Below, in pieces: positions 1-13,500 of a stretch of 64,000 bases of DNA (positions within the stretch are counted from its first letter, which is position 1; each line of letters opens with the position of its first letter). This DNA is from Mustelus asterias (lineage: Eukaryota): the NCBI RefSeq assembly GCF_964213995.1, contig NC_135824.1, positions 52,514,001-52,578,000 of the forward strand. Direction: 5' to 3'. The translations under genes and the position numbers were made by a program. The notes beneath the pieces were generated by a model, which was not told the origin of the DNA, ran no database searches, and was given only the letters and a program-made list of their open reading frames with translations.

Positions 1-492
1 TCCGGGCAGCCTGGGACTGGACCCGGTATCCACAGTATTTGTGGATTTTGGACCCTGGAGTGGGGGCAGGAGATTGGAATAGAATAATAATGGATTAAAA
101 CTGAAAGCCGGGCTGATTTCTCCGTCCTCGGGAAGGGATGAGGGGCAGACCAGGCCGGCTTCCACACCTTTAATCCCACATGGAATAAGTAAGGCTGGAT
201 CCAAAGAGCAGGAGACATTGCGCCACAACGCAGATGTGACAGACGGATGGAGACCCAGTTTTCAGGTCCTTCCAGATTTTGGGATGCCAAATAAGGGATC
301 CGCAAGCCATACACCAGTTATCCCTTATCCAACCACTCGTTACATCCTCAAAAAGCTCTTAATAGAATTGTTAAACATGACTTCCCTTTCATAAATCTGT
401 ATTGATTCTGATTAATCATATTAAGATTATTTAAGTGCTTCTTACTACATCTCTGATAATAGATTGTACCATTTTGTTATGCAGAATCCCTC

Positions 493-692
493 NNNNNNNN
501 NNNNNNNNNNNNNNNNNNNNNNNNNNNNNNNNNNNNNNNNNNNNNNNNNNNNNNNNNNNNNNNNNNNNNNNNNNNNNNNNNNNNNNNNNNNNNNNNNNNN
601 NNNNNNNNNNNNNNNNNNNNNNNNNNNNNNNNNNNNNNNNNNNNNNNNNNNNNNNNNNNNNNNNNNNNNNNNNNNNNNNNNNNNNNNNNNNN
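493..692. other. Assembly gap (200 N)
   Basis: Run of N; ORFs spanning it are artefacts. Confidence 0.99.
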
Positions 693-1173
693 GGTTCTGT
701 GAGCAGCTCCGTGCCTTTAATCTCTCCCGGACCATCCGCGCTGATCGGAATCTCCAATGGCAACCAGTTGAACCAGGCTGAGTGCCGAGTGCAGCTCTGT
801 TTGGGGTCCGGGTGGCTTCCGGTCCCACCCCGAACCCGCTCCCCCGGAGCCCCATTTCCCTCCGCCTTTGGCCCGGCCCCCGTCAGCGCCCCCTGTGCCC
901 GTGTCCGGTACTGCCGTTGCTCCACAGCCTGGAACAGCTTCAACAGGCAACATGCACAATCTCTCCCTGACCCAGCTCACATGGTGCTTATTATCCCTTC
1001 ATGCTGGCTGGGCTCAGCATTTATTGCCCATTCCTAATTGCCCCTTGAGAAGGTGGTGGGTGAGCCGCTTTCTTGAACCCACTGCAGTCCAAGTAGTGTA
1101 GGTACACCCACAGTGCTGTTAGGGAGGGAGTTCCAGGATTTTGACCCAGCGACAGTGAAGCAACGGCGATATA

Positions 1174-1337
1174 CCGTGGAACCCCGATTTTACGCGCCCC
1201 GATTTAGCGCGAAATCGGATATGACGCGATGGACCCTTTTTTTGCTATTTCCGGTTCAGTGATTTAGCGCGACCCCGATAACATTCGCGATAACATTTTA
1301 TGGACTCCAACCATCGCGTTTAAACGGGGCTGCACTG
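1174..1337. mobile_element. Short Tc1/mariner-pogo(Tigger)-like MITE
   Basis: Imperfect TIRs CCGTGGAACCCCGATTTTACGCG / CGCGTTTAAACGGGGCTGCACTG, flanked by TA at 1172-1173 and 1338-1339. It is CpG-rich and interrupts an older LINE fragment. Confidence 0.7.
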
Positions 1338-1417
1338 TATTTCCAAGTCAGGATGGTGACTGACTTGGAGGGGAGCTCCCAGATGATGATCGGCTGCCCT
1401 TGTCCTTCCAGTTGCTA

Positions 1418-1729
1418 GCAGCATGGTGGCACAGTGGTTAGCAGTGCTGCCTCAGAGCTCCAAGGGCCTGGTTCGATTCCCGGCTTGGGTCACTGTCTGT
1501 GCGGAGTTTCCACATTCTCCCCGTGTCTGTGTGGGTTTATTCCAGTTTCCTCCCACAGTCCAAAGATGTGCGGGTTAGGTGCATTGGCCACGCTAAATTG
1601 CCCCTTAGTGTCCCGGTATGTGTAGGTTAGAGGGATTAGTGGGGTTGTGGGGATAGGGCTTGGGGTGGGATTATTGTTGGTGCAGACTCGATGGGCCAAA
1701 TAGCCTCCTTCTGTACTGTAGGGATTCTA
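1418..1729 (+). mobile_element. HE1-like tRNA-derived SINE
   Basis: Head GGTGGCACAGTGGTTAGC...GGTTCGATTCCCGG (A/B boxes), conserved core, CR1-like tail. Confidence 0.85.
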
Positions 1730-2596
1730 AGAGTTGTGGGTTTAGAAGGTGCTGCCTAAGATGCCTTGGTGAGTTCCTACAATGCATCTTGTAGATGGTA
1801 CACACTGCTGCCACTATACATTGGTGGAGGAGGGGATGAATGTTTGTGGAAGGGGTAGCAATCATGCAGGCTGCTTTGTCCTGTCAAGCTTAGGATCATA
1901 AAATCCCTACAGTGCAGGAGGAGGCCACTTTGTCCATCGAGTCCACATAGACTCCATGAAAGAATATCTCACTCAGGAACACCCACCTGTCCTGTCCCCA
2001 TACATTTACCACGGCTAAACCACCTAACCTACATATCTAAGTTTATTTTATTTATTAGTCACAAGTAGGCTTACATTAATACTGAAATGAAGTTACTGTG
2101 AAAATCTCCTAGTCGCCACACTCCAACACCTGTTCGGGTACACTATAGGTCAATTTAGCATGGCCAATCTACCTAACCTGCACATCTTTTGACTGTGGGA
2201 GGAAACCGGAGCACCCGGAAGAAACCCACGAGGCTGGAATCAAATTAGGGTCCCTGGCACTATGAGGCAGCAGTGCTAACCACTGTGTCACCATGTCACC
2301 CTAATGTAGAGTGGCTGATACGCGTGGCCTTGAGGTTACAGATTGCGGTAAAGTACAATGTCTAGCATGTTGAGCGAGCAGCGGTAGTGTCACTCAACAT
2401 GATGGAGAGTGTGCTCAAAGTGAAGATGGGACTTCATCTCCACAAGAACTGTACAGTCGTCCTTCTTACCGATACTGTCATGGACAAATGCATCTGCAGT
2501 AGGCAGATTGGTGAGGATGAGGCCAAGTATGGTTTTCCCTTTGTGCCCTCACCACCCACGCAATCCCAGCCTAGCACCTATGTCCTTTAGGACCTG

Positions 2597-2815
2597 TAAG
2601 AAGTCTCACAACACCAGATTAAAGTCCAACAGGTTTATTTGGTAGCACAAGCCACAAGCTTTCGAAGCACTGCCCCTTCATCAGGTGATCTGTGTCGACA
2701 TGCGCGATCTTCTTGGAGATCCTCTCCACTTGGAGCCGGCAGTTTGCGATGTCGATGGTAGGCATGATGTGGAGATGCCAGCGTTGGACTGGGGTAAGCA
2801 CAGTAAGAAGTCTCA
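2597..2815 (-). mobile_element. Penelope-like element fragment with minimal hammerhead motif (2653-2687, - strand)
   Basis: Same terminal repeat as 8532-9060. The reverse complement reads CAC-CTGATGA-AGGGGCAGTGCTTC-GAAA-GCTT-GTG. Confidence 0.6.
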
Positions 2816-3676
2816 CCTGGCCAGCTCAGATTGTGGTGGTACAATTGAGCCACACTTGGTGATGGACATTGCAGTCCCCCACCCAGAATACATTCTCCCC
2901 ACTTTGCCACCCTCAGTGCTTCCTCCAAGTGATTTTCAGCGTGGAGGAGTATTGATAGATCAGTTGATGGGGGACGGTACATGGTAATCAGCAGGAGATT
3001 TCCTTAGCAATGTTTGACCTGATGTGAGACTTTATGGGATCCAGAGTCAATCTCGAGGACTCCCAGGGCAGCTCCCTCCCGACTGTATACCACTGTGTCA
3101 CCACCTCTGCTGGGTCTGTCCTGCTGGTGGGACAGGATGGTGATGGTTATGTCAAGAACATTATCTGTAAGGTATGATTCATGATTATGCATGACTATCT
3201 TTGAGTGTTATTTGACTAGTCGGTGAGACAGTTCTTCAAACTTTGGCACAAGCCCCCAGATGTGGTAAGGAGGACTTTGCAGGGTTGACAGGGCTGGGTT
3301 TGCCGAAGTCGTTTCCGGTGCCTCGGTTGATGATGGGTGGTCCGTCCAGTTTAATTCCTTTTTATTGCCTTTGTAGCGGTTGGGTACAACCGAGTGTCTT
3401 GCTAGGCCATTTCAGAAGGTAGTTAAGAGTCGACCACTTTGCTGTGGGCTTGGGAGCCATCTTAGCAGCTGCAGGTTCAACCCATTAGGTTGCCGACATC
3501 TCTTTAAATTCAAATCCATGGTTTTCAGCTGATAAGCACATAAAATCATTTTTGATCTCAAGCATAGCTTCACAATTTAAAAAAAATTCATTCATGGGAT
3601 GTCAGCGTCACTGGATGGGACAGCATTTATTGCCCATCCCTAAATGACCTTGAACTGAGTGACTTTCACAGAATAG

Positions 3677-4015
3677 AATCATAGAATCCCTCCAGTGCAG
3701 AAAGAGGCCATTCGGCCCATCGAGTCTGCACCGACCACAAACCGACCCAGGCCCTATCCCCATAATCCCACATATTTACCCCACTAATCCCTCTAACCTA
3801 TGCATCCTGGCGCATTAAGTGGCAATTTAGCATGGCCAATGTACCTAACCCGTACACCTTTGGAGTGTGGGAGGAAACCGGAGCACCCGGAGGAAACCCA
3901 CGCAGACATGGGGAGAATGTGCAAACTCCACACAGGCAATGACCCGAGGCCGGAATCGAACCCGGGTCCCTGGCACTTTGAGGCAGCAGTGCTAACCACT
4001 GTGCCACTGTGTTGC
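3677..4015 (-). mobile_element. HE1-like SINE
   Basis: Reverse complement of the SINE consensus seen throughout the window. Confidence 0.85.
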
Positions 4016-4482
4016 CTCAAATGGCTTGCTAGGCCATTTCAGAGGGTAGTTAAGGGTTAACCACATTGCTGTGGTTCAAGAGTCTCATGTAGGCCAGACC
4101 GGGTAAGGATAATAAATTTATTTCCATAAAGGACATTAGTGAACCAGATGGGTTTTTACAGCAATTGACAGTGGTTTCATGGTCATCATTAGACTTTTAA
4201 TTCTATCAAATTCAAATTTCACCATCTGCTGTGGTAGGATTCGGACCTGAGTTCTCAGAGCATTACCAGGGTCTCTGGATTACTTGTCCAGTGACAATTC
4301 CACCACATGTACCAGTTGATGTCACTTATAGTTAGTTCAGTAAGAGAGGTTGAACCCACAGCATCAATCTTTCCAAACTTCTGACTTTCTGGAGGATGTC
4401 CGGATGTTAGAATGAGCTCAAGGTGACCTTTGCTCTATCTTCCATTGCAGAGCGAACATGGGATGGAGTGACCCTGAGAGCC

Positions 4483-4490
4483 TGATAAAA
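4483..4490 (+). promoter_or_regulatory. Candidate TATA/GATA-like box of the PLA2 gene
   Basis: TGATAAAA about 60 bp upstream of the ATG at 4545; position only. Confidence 0.35.
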
Positions 4491-4544
4491 GAGGTAGAGC
4501 CACGGTTACAGCAAACTTCAAACTTGCCAAGGAAACAGGACCCC

Positions 4545-4587
4545 ATGGAGGCCCCGAAACTCATTGCTCTCCTCATTCTGTTCGGAG
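4545..4587 (+). CDS. PLA2 exon 1 (signal peptide MEAPKLIALLILFG)
   Basis: ATG in CCCATGG context, hydrophobic run, donor GAG|GTAAGT; phase matches exon 2. Confidence 0.8.
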
Positions 4588-7500
4588 GTAAGTGATCAAA
4601 TGGAGACCAGGTAGGAGGAGGACCAGCAAGAGAAACGAGTGAGCTAACACCCAACGCTGTGCATCACTGGGAATGCTGATCAATATCCCATTACAGAGAA
4701 AGCAAAATGTAATGGAAACCTCTGTAAGGGAATGTTTGATGGGGACAGTGTAGAGGGAGCTTTACTCTGTATCTAACCCCGTGCTGTACCTGTCCTGGGA
4801 GTGTTTGATGGGGGACGGTGTAGAGGGAGCTTTACTCTGTATCTAACCCCGTGCTGTACCTGTCCTGGGAGTGTTTGGTGGGGACAGTGTAGAGGGAGCT
4901 TTATTCTGTATCGATCCCCGTGCTGTACCTGTCCTGGGAGTGTTTGATGGGGACAGTGTGGAGGGAGCTTTACTCTGTATCTAACCCCATGCTGTATCTG
5001 TCCTGGGAGTGTTTGATGGGGACAGTATAGAGGGAGCTTTACTCTGTATCTAACCCCGTGCTGTACCTGTCCTGGGAGTGTTTGATAGGGAACAGTGTAG
5101 AGGGAGCTTTACTCTGTATCTAACCCCATGCTGTACCTGTCCTGGGAGTGGTTGATGGGGGACAGTGTAGAGGGATCTTTACTCTGTACCTAACCCCGTG
5201 CTGTACCTGTCCTGGGAGTGTTTGATGGGGACAGCGTAGAGGGACTTTTACTCTGTATCTAACCCCGTGCTGCACCTGTCCTGGGAGTGGTTGATGGGGG
5301 ACAGTGTAGAGGGAGCTTTACTCTGTACCTAACCCCGTGCTGTACCTGTCCTGGGAGTGTTTGATGGGGACAGTGTAGAGGGAGCTTTACTCTGTACCTA
5401 ACCCCGTGCTGTACCTGTCCTGGGAGTGTTTGATGGGGACAGTGTAGAGGGAGCTTTACTCTGTACCTAACCCCGTGCTGTACCTGTCCTGGGAGTGTTT
5501 GATGGGGGACAGTGTAGAGGGAGCTTTACTCTGTATCTAACCCCGTGCTGTACCTGTCCTGGGAGTGTTTGATGGGGACAGTGTAGAGGGAGCTTTACTC
5601 TGTACCTAACCCCGTGCTGTACCTGTCCTGGGAGTGTTTGATGGGGGACAGTGTAGAGGGAGCTTTACTCTGTATCTAACCCCGTGCTGTACCTGTCCTG
5701 GGAGTGTTATTTGGGGACAGTTAAACAAAATTGGCTGGCAAAACTGTAACTGAAGAATATTCTGCCTTTAAATAAGCGTTAGTGCGGGTACTGTCAAGGT
5801 AGATTGCCACAAGAGGGATACGCAGGGCAAGCAAATCCAGTGGTCCCTGGTTGACAAAAGAGACAGAGAGCATGGTGGAGGGGGAAATCTGGATATGGCA
5901 GATGTCATGTGGGTGTGAACAAGCACAAAAACATTTCAGCTCGAATAACATGGACAGCAAGCTCTTCCTGAAACAGTCTTCCCTGCTGTCAACTAGCTAA
6001 CCTGATAAAATCTGTCAAAACCACACAGTGCTATTGTCAAGCCTGAAAATTGCTCAGTATCACAACAGGCAGGATAAGAAGTGGGGTGAGTAGAGAATGG
6101 GCTGAAATTTGAGTCCCGCGTGGGCGGCACAGTAGCACAGTGGTTAGCACTGCTGCTTCACAGCTCCAGGGACCTGGGTTCGATTCCCGGCTCGGGTCAC
6201 TGTGTGGAGTTTGCACATTCTCCTCGTGCCTGCGTGGGTTTCCTCCGGGTGCTCCTGTTTCCTCCCACAGTCCAAAGATGTGCGGGTTAGGTTGATTGGC
6301 CATGCTAAAATTGCCCCTTAGTGTCCTGAGATGCATAGGTTAGAGGGATTAGTGGGTAAATATGTAGGGATATGGGGATAGGGCCTGGGTGGGATTGTGG
6401 TTGGTGCAGACTCAATGGGCCAAATGGCCTCTTTCTGCATTGTAGGGTTTCTATGATTCTATGATACATGGGGCATTATTCGCCCAAACAATTGCTAAGT
6501 GACATAATGGCAAGAATAATGGAGTTAGAAAGTGTTTTCATTGGCAGAAGGGTTGAGAACCAGAGGCCATGTTGTATGGAGATTGGCAAAAGACCCAAAG
6601 GTGATGTGAGGAAAATACCCATTTTGCGGCGAGATCTGGAATGCACCGCTTGAGAGAACATTCAATCCTAGTTAGACTTGAATAAACATAGTTGCAAGGT
6701 GACACCAAATGAGAGAGTGGGATTAATTTCTTTTACAGAGAGATCGCAGGGCAGGGTGTGGATGAACAGAGGGATCTGGGTGTCCATGTGCATAGATCCC
6801 TGAAAGTTGGCACCTAGGTTGATAGGGTTGTTAAGAAGGCGTACGGTGAGTTAGCTTTTATTGGTAGAGGGATTGAGTTTCGGAGCCAGGAGGTCATGCT
6901 GCAACTGTACAAAACTCTGGTGCGGCCGCATTTGGAGTATTGCGTACAGTTCTGGTCGCCGTATTATAGGAAAGATGTGGAAGTGTTGGAAAGGGTGCAG
7001 ATGAGATTTACCAGGATGTTGCCTGGTATGGTGGGAAAATCGTATGAGGAAAGGCTGAGGGGCTTGAGGTTGTTTTCATTAGAGAGAAGAAGGTTAAGAG
7101 GTGACTTAATAGAGGCATACAAGATGATCAGAGGATTAGATAGGGTGGATAGTGAGAGCCTTTTTCCTCGGATGGTGTTGGCTAGCACGAGGGGACATAG
7201 CTTTAAATTGAGGGGTGAGAGATATAGAACAGATGTTAGAGGTAGGTTCTTTACTCAGAGAGTAGTAAGGGCGTGGAATGCCCTGCATGCAGCAGTGGTG
7301 GACTCGTCAACGTTGAGAGCGTTCAAGTGGTTATTGGATAAACATATGGATGATATTGGAATAGTGTAGATTAGAGGGGCTTTAGATTGGTACCACTGGT
7401 CGGCGCAACATCGAGGGCCGAAGGGCCTGTACTGCGCTGTAATGTTCTATGTTCTATCGCATGACCCCAATGGGCTAAATCGCCTCCTTCTACACAGTCA

Positions 7501-10500
7501 CCATACTATGATCTGGTGATTCTTGTCAAACCCTAAAGCCCTTGAGAAGGTGGTAGTGGTAAACCATCTTCTTGACAACAGCTGAGTGACTTGCGGGAAC
7601 TTTTCAAAGAATCATAGAATCCCTACAGTGCAGAAGGAGGCCATTCGGCCCATCAAGCCTGCACCGACAACAATCCCACCCAGGTCCTAAGCCCCATGTA
7701 TTTACCCTGCTAATCCCACTGACACTAAGGGGAAATTGACTATGGCCAATCAACCTAACCCGCACATTTTTGGACCATGGGAGAAAACCGGAGCACCCGG
7801 AGGAAACCCACGCAGACACGGGGAGAATGTGCAAACTCCGCACAGACAGTAACCCAAGGTTGGAATCGAACCTGGTTTCCTAGTGCTGTGAGGCAGCAGT
7901 GCTAACCACTGTGCCACCGTGCCACCCAAAGGACAGTTAAGAGCGAGTCAAATCGCTGAGGGGCTGGAGTTACATATACACAGACCAGGTAACTAGGGCA
8001 GATGTTCCTCCCTGCAAGACGTTAGGAAACCAGGCAGGGTTTTTATAACAATCTAGTCATTTCCTGATCTTCGTTGGTGACAGCAGCCTTTAGTTCAGAT
8101 TTAATTAAAGTAACTGAATTAAATTCTCCAGCTGCACAATGTTCATCTGTGTGGATGAACCCCCTCACTTCAGCGGGTATGATATTTTAGTGGTTCTATT
8201 ACAGGTTTAGTAATCTTAAGGGGAGGCAATGGCCTAGTGGCATTATCACTAGACTGTTAAACCAGAAACTCAGCTAATGTTCTGGGGACCCGGGTTCGAA
8301 TCCCGCCGCGGCAGATGGTGGAATTTGAATTCAATAAAAAATATCTGGAATTAAGAATCACCTGATGACCGTGAAACCATTGCCGATTGTCAGAAAAACC
8401 CATCTGGTTCACTAATGTCCCTTTAGGGAAGGAAATCTGCTGTCCTTACCTGGTCTGGCCTACATGTGACTCCGGAGCCACAGCAATGTGGTTGACTGCC
8501 CTCGGGGTACTAGGCATGGGCAATAAATGCTGATGTGGAGATACCGGCGTTGGACTGGGGTCAACACAGTAAGAAGCTTAACAACACCAGGTTAAAGTCC
8601 AACAGGTTTATTTGGTAGCAAATGTTCTCCAAGTTCTCCAAGGCGGCCTTCATGACACACGACAGCGCAGAGTCGCTGAGCAGAAACTGATAGCCAAGTT
8701 CCGCACACATGAGGACGGCCTCAACCGGGATCTTGGGTTCATGTCACACAATCTGTAACCCCCACAGCTTGTCTGGATTTGCAGAATCTCACTGGCTGTC
8801 CTGTCTGGAGACAATACACATCTCTTTAACCTGTGCTTAATGCTCCCTCCATTCACATTGTTTGTACCTTTAAGACTTGATTATCTGTAAAGACTGCATT
8901 CCAATCATTATTCTGTAAATTGAGTTTGTGTCTCTGTATGCCCTGTTTGTGAGCATTTCTCCACTCCACCTGACGAAGGGACAGCCTGTTCCGGAAGCTA
9001 GTGGCACTTGCTACCAAATAAACCTGTTGGACTTTAACCTGGTGTTGTTAAACTTCTTACAATAAATGCTGGCCAGCCAGTGACGCCCATGCCCCACGAA
9101 TAAAAAAAAAGTAATCTGGATGTAGACTAATGATTGAGGGGCATGGCGTTTGACCATACGCTGATATTTTTCCGATTGTTTCACAGTGATGTTAATCCCC
9201 GTTCAAGGCTTTGAGATTCGGGGCAGAAAGATGACCAACTTTACATCTGTCGTCATCTGTGCCAACCCAGGCATGAATACTCTGCGTTACTCCAACTATG
9301 GCTGCTTTTGTGGGATTGGAGGAAGCGGCAACCAGCCAGTTGATGCATTTGACAGGTAATATGAGCCCCATAGTGAACACGAGAAACACTCTGGGCTGGA
9401 GTTTCTTTGAATTTATTTGATTTGATTTATTATTGTCACATGTATTGGGATGCAGTGAAAAGTATTGTTTCTTGCGCACTATACAAAACATACCGTTCAT
9501 AGAGAAGGAAAGGAGAGAGTGCAGAATATAGTGTTACAGTCATAGCTAGGGTGTAGAGAAAGATCAACTTAATGCGAGGTAGGTCCATTCAAAAGTCTGA
9601 TGTCCTTGACTCGGTTGGTACGTGACCTCAGACTTTTGTATCCTTTTCCCGATGGAAGAAGATGGAAGAGAGTATTTCGTCCTTGAGGTAGAGAGCAGGA
9701 GTCAATGGAGAATTCCTGGCTTGGCCAGCCTGCCTCTGGAGAAAGTAAGAGTTTTAACAACACCAGGTTAAAGTCCAACAGGTTTATTTGGTAGCAAATA
9801 CCATTAGCTTTCGGAGCGCTGCTTCTTCGTCAGATGGAGTGGAAATCTGCTCCACTCCATCTGACGAAGGAGCAGCGCTCCGAAAGCTAATGGTATTTGC
9901 TACCAAATAAACCTGTTGGACTTTAACCTGGTGTTGTTAAAACTCTTACTGTGTTTGCCCCAGTCCAACATCTCCACATCTGGAGAAAGTGCCAGGCAAG
10001 GGTGGGACTTTCGTTGTAGGTACGGGCTTCAGTCAGGCCAGGCAACCTGAGGAGAAAGTTCAGAGGCAGCCTCGGAGGCTGCCGTGTGTGGGGCGGGCTG
10101 TTTTGAAAGGCCCATCTATGTGCGGGACTTTGTCCCAGTTGTACAAAAAGCTCTCACCCCTCAAAACCCTTCACCATCCCACACGCTCCCCATGCATCAT
10201 CCATGCCACCCTTATGTCCCCCACCGAGCCCCCACCATGCCAAGGTTTGCCACACACCTACCCTCTATGACCCTCTATGTCCCCACATGCCAAGGTAGGC
10301 CCCTCACCTCCAACTAAAGCCCATGGAGTCTCATACCCCTTATGCCAATCAATGACATTTCCATGCCTTTCACTGACACATTGTGGCAGGCAGTGACTAG
10401 TGGGGTCCCGCAAGGATCAGTCCACAGATCCTTGAAGGTGACGTCACAGGTGGAGAAGGTAGTGAATAAGGCATATGGCATGCTTGCCTTTATAGGACGG

Positions 10501-13500
10501 GGAATAGAGTATAAAAGTTGGGGTCTGATGTTGCAGTTGTATAGAACGTTGATTCGGCCGCATTTGGAATACTGCACCCAGTTCTGGTCGCCACACTACC
10601 AGAAGGACGTGGAGGCTTTGGAGAGAGTACAGAGGAGGTTTACCAGGATGCTGCCTGGTATGGAAGGGCTTAGTTATGAGGAGAGATTGGGTAAACTGGG
10701 GTTGTTCTCACTGGAAAGACGGAGGATGAGGGGTGACCTAATAGAGGTGTATAAAATTATGAAAGGCGTAGATAGGATGAACGGTGGGAAGCTTTTTCCC
10801 AGGTCGGTGGTGACGTTCACGAGGGGTCATAGGTTCAAAGTGAGGGGGGGGGAGGTTTAACACGGATATCAGAAGGACATATTTTACACAGAGGGTGGTG
10901 GGGGCCTGGAATGCGCTGCCGGGCAAGGTGGTGGAGGCAGACACACTGGGAACATTTAAGACTTATCTAGATAGCCACATGAACGGAGTGGGAATGGAGG
11001 GATACAAAAGAATGGTCTAGTTTGGACCAGGGAGCGGCGTGGGCTTGGAGGGCCGAAGGGCCTGTTCCTGTGCTGTATTGTTCTTTGTTCTTTGCTTGGG
11101 CCCCAGCTTTTCACAATGCACATCAATGATTTGGATTAGATACTTTTACTTTTTCTAAATTTGCTGACGACACAAAACTAGGTGGGAAGGTGAGTGGTGA
11201 GGAGGATGTTAAGATGCTTTGGACAATTTAGAGTGATTTAGACAAGTTGAGTGTGTGGGCAAGTATGTGGCAGATGCAGTATAACGTGGAAAAATGTGAA
11301 GCTTAGAAGTTCCACTTCGGTTGGAGAAACAGAACGGCAGAGTATTATTTAAATGGGGATTATAGTCGGTAAAAAATACCTCTGAGGCTGGTATGAGTCA
11401 AAATAGAGTAGGCTTTATTCTCACAAGCTTGCGGGAGAACTTGATCCCTTGAAAGCGGAAGCCAAAGTTCTCCCTGAACACAGAAAAGTGGGGATATATA
11501 TACAGCATGGCTTCTAATACTGGTCACGAATCAACCCCAGACCAGTCACGACTCAGAAATACAATTTACAACTGCTGGTCACGAAGCAAGCTTCCAAACC
11601 AACTACAAAAAATACATTGATAGCTTCTTGACCATAAACCAGTGTATCTGGCATCCTCAGCACACGAAGCGCAGGTCTTCTGTTTCCTGTTCTTCCCACG
11701 GTTCCCCTTTGAAGTTCCGACGCTCGTCCAGCTGCCTCAGCGGGAGTTCCTCTTCAAATGGCTGATATCGCGATCCACACCATGGAATCGCCTGTCTTCC
11801 GCAAACCACACACAAACTTGTAGGAAAGGTAAGACTTCACAAACATATTCACATTTACATTGACTATCTATTGTTATAAAAATAAAAGTTAACTGGTATT
11901 AATGTCAGAAGCAGTACAAACAAGAATAACTTTTATTCATGTCAAAAGCAGTATAAACCTGAGGGAAAGCAGTATAAACCTGGGGAGATTAGCCACAATG
12001 AAGGGTTATGCTTGTGATACATTCTAAGTACAAAGTTCAACCTTTTAGGTACAAAATACATTAACCCTTTCCCTTCTTCAGGGATCGATTAGGAAATGTT
12101 GACGTACAAAGGGTGTCCTAGGCATGCAGGTACAGCAAGCAGTTAGGAAGGCAAATGGTATGTTGGTCTTCATTGCAAGAGGACTTGAGTACAGGAGCAA
12201 GGATGTCTTACTGCAACTGTACACGGCCTTGGTGGAGTATTGTGTGCAGCTTTGGTCTACTTATCTAAGAAGAGATATACTTCCCATCGAGGGAGTGCAA
12301 CGAAGGTTCACCAGACTGATTCCTGGGATGGCAGGATTGTCGTATGAGGAGAGATTTGTTCGACCGGGCCTGTATTCACTGGAGTTGAGAAGAATGAGAG
12401 GGGGAATTAATTGAACCATATAAAATTCTGACAGGGCTGAACAGGTTGGATGCAGTGAGGTTGTATCCTCTGGCTAGAGGGTTCCGGAACCAGGGGGTCA
12501 CAGTCTCAGAATATGGGCTAGTCTTTTAGGACTGAGGTGAGGAGAAATTTCTTCACTCAGAGGGTAGTGAACCTATGGAATTCTCTACCAAATGAATAAT
12601 AAAAAATAATTTAAGAAGGAAACAAGTAGATACATACATAAAGGTGTCAAGGGGATACAGGGAGAGCGCTGGAGTGTGGCACTGAGATAGAGGATCAGCC
12701 TTGATAAATTGAATGATGGAACAGGCTTGAAGGGCTGAATGGCCTACTCCTGCTCCTATCTTCAATGTTTCTATGTTTATACACTATGTTGGACCAAGGA
12801 ACCCTATAGTGACAATACAACGTGTAAAAAGCTTTACCAAAGCAGTCATTCAACTATCAAGAATCTATCTACCTCTGCCATAAAGATATTCAAAGACTCA
12901 GTCACCTTTTGAGGAAGGGAATTTCCAAAGACTGACCAGTCTGCCATGTGGTACCTTGTCAAGTGCCTTACTGAAATCCATGCAGACAATAGCACTACCC
13001 TCATCAATTCTCCTTCTTACTTCCTCAAAACATTCTGTTAAGTTAATAAGACACAAACTTCCTCTAACAAAATTGCACTGACTATCCCTGATCAATCCAT
13101 GCCTTTCTAAAGGATAGTTTGTCTTGTCCCGCAGAATTGTTTCCAGAAATTTGCCTATGACTGAAGTTACACTGATTGGACTGAAGTTACACTGATTGGC
13201 CTAAAGTTTTCTTGCCTATCTCTCACACTCTTTCTCGGTCTACCTTGACTCTGGTGTCCTAAGCCAGCTATCAATACACTGTCCCTTGCACCAAGCACTC
13301 ACTGGCCAATCAACTTATAATATTCCTGTGATGTCCACAGTTTTTTGGTGAGGAAGGGGGTGAAAGGTTATCAGGGGGAAGGTGGGATGCAGATTTTAGG
13401 TTACTATCACGTCGGTCTGGAGCTTAATAAATTGGGCAGCATGCTTGAAGGGCTGAACTCTTTGTTCGTGCATTCACTCAGCTTCATTTGCAACTGAAGT

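Larger units (their letters stand above)
985..3460 (-). mobile_element. Degraded non-LTR retrotransposon fragments with nested SINEs, MITE and Penelope pieces
   Basis: Minus-strand peptides resemble an APE endonuclease region (HQQDRPSRGGDTVVYSREG; YRPPS). The frames are broken and interrupted by other repeats. Confidence 0.55.

Noticed and set aside
431-1037. ORFs spanning the N run
   Set aside because: Created by the assembly gap.
4728-5720. CRISPR-like regular repeats (also 19895-21134 and 27790-28840)
   Set aside because: Head-to-tail tandem units with no unique spacers, no cas genes, and a vertebrate context.
6896-7369. RT-like ORFs as host genes (also 10342, 34986 and others)
   Set aside because: They are 5'-truncated CR1 fragments ending in CR1 tail repeats.
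8221-8310. tRNA-like sequences with A/B boxes
   Set aside because: These are SINE heads continuing into SINE cores; I could not fold a complete cloverleaf.
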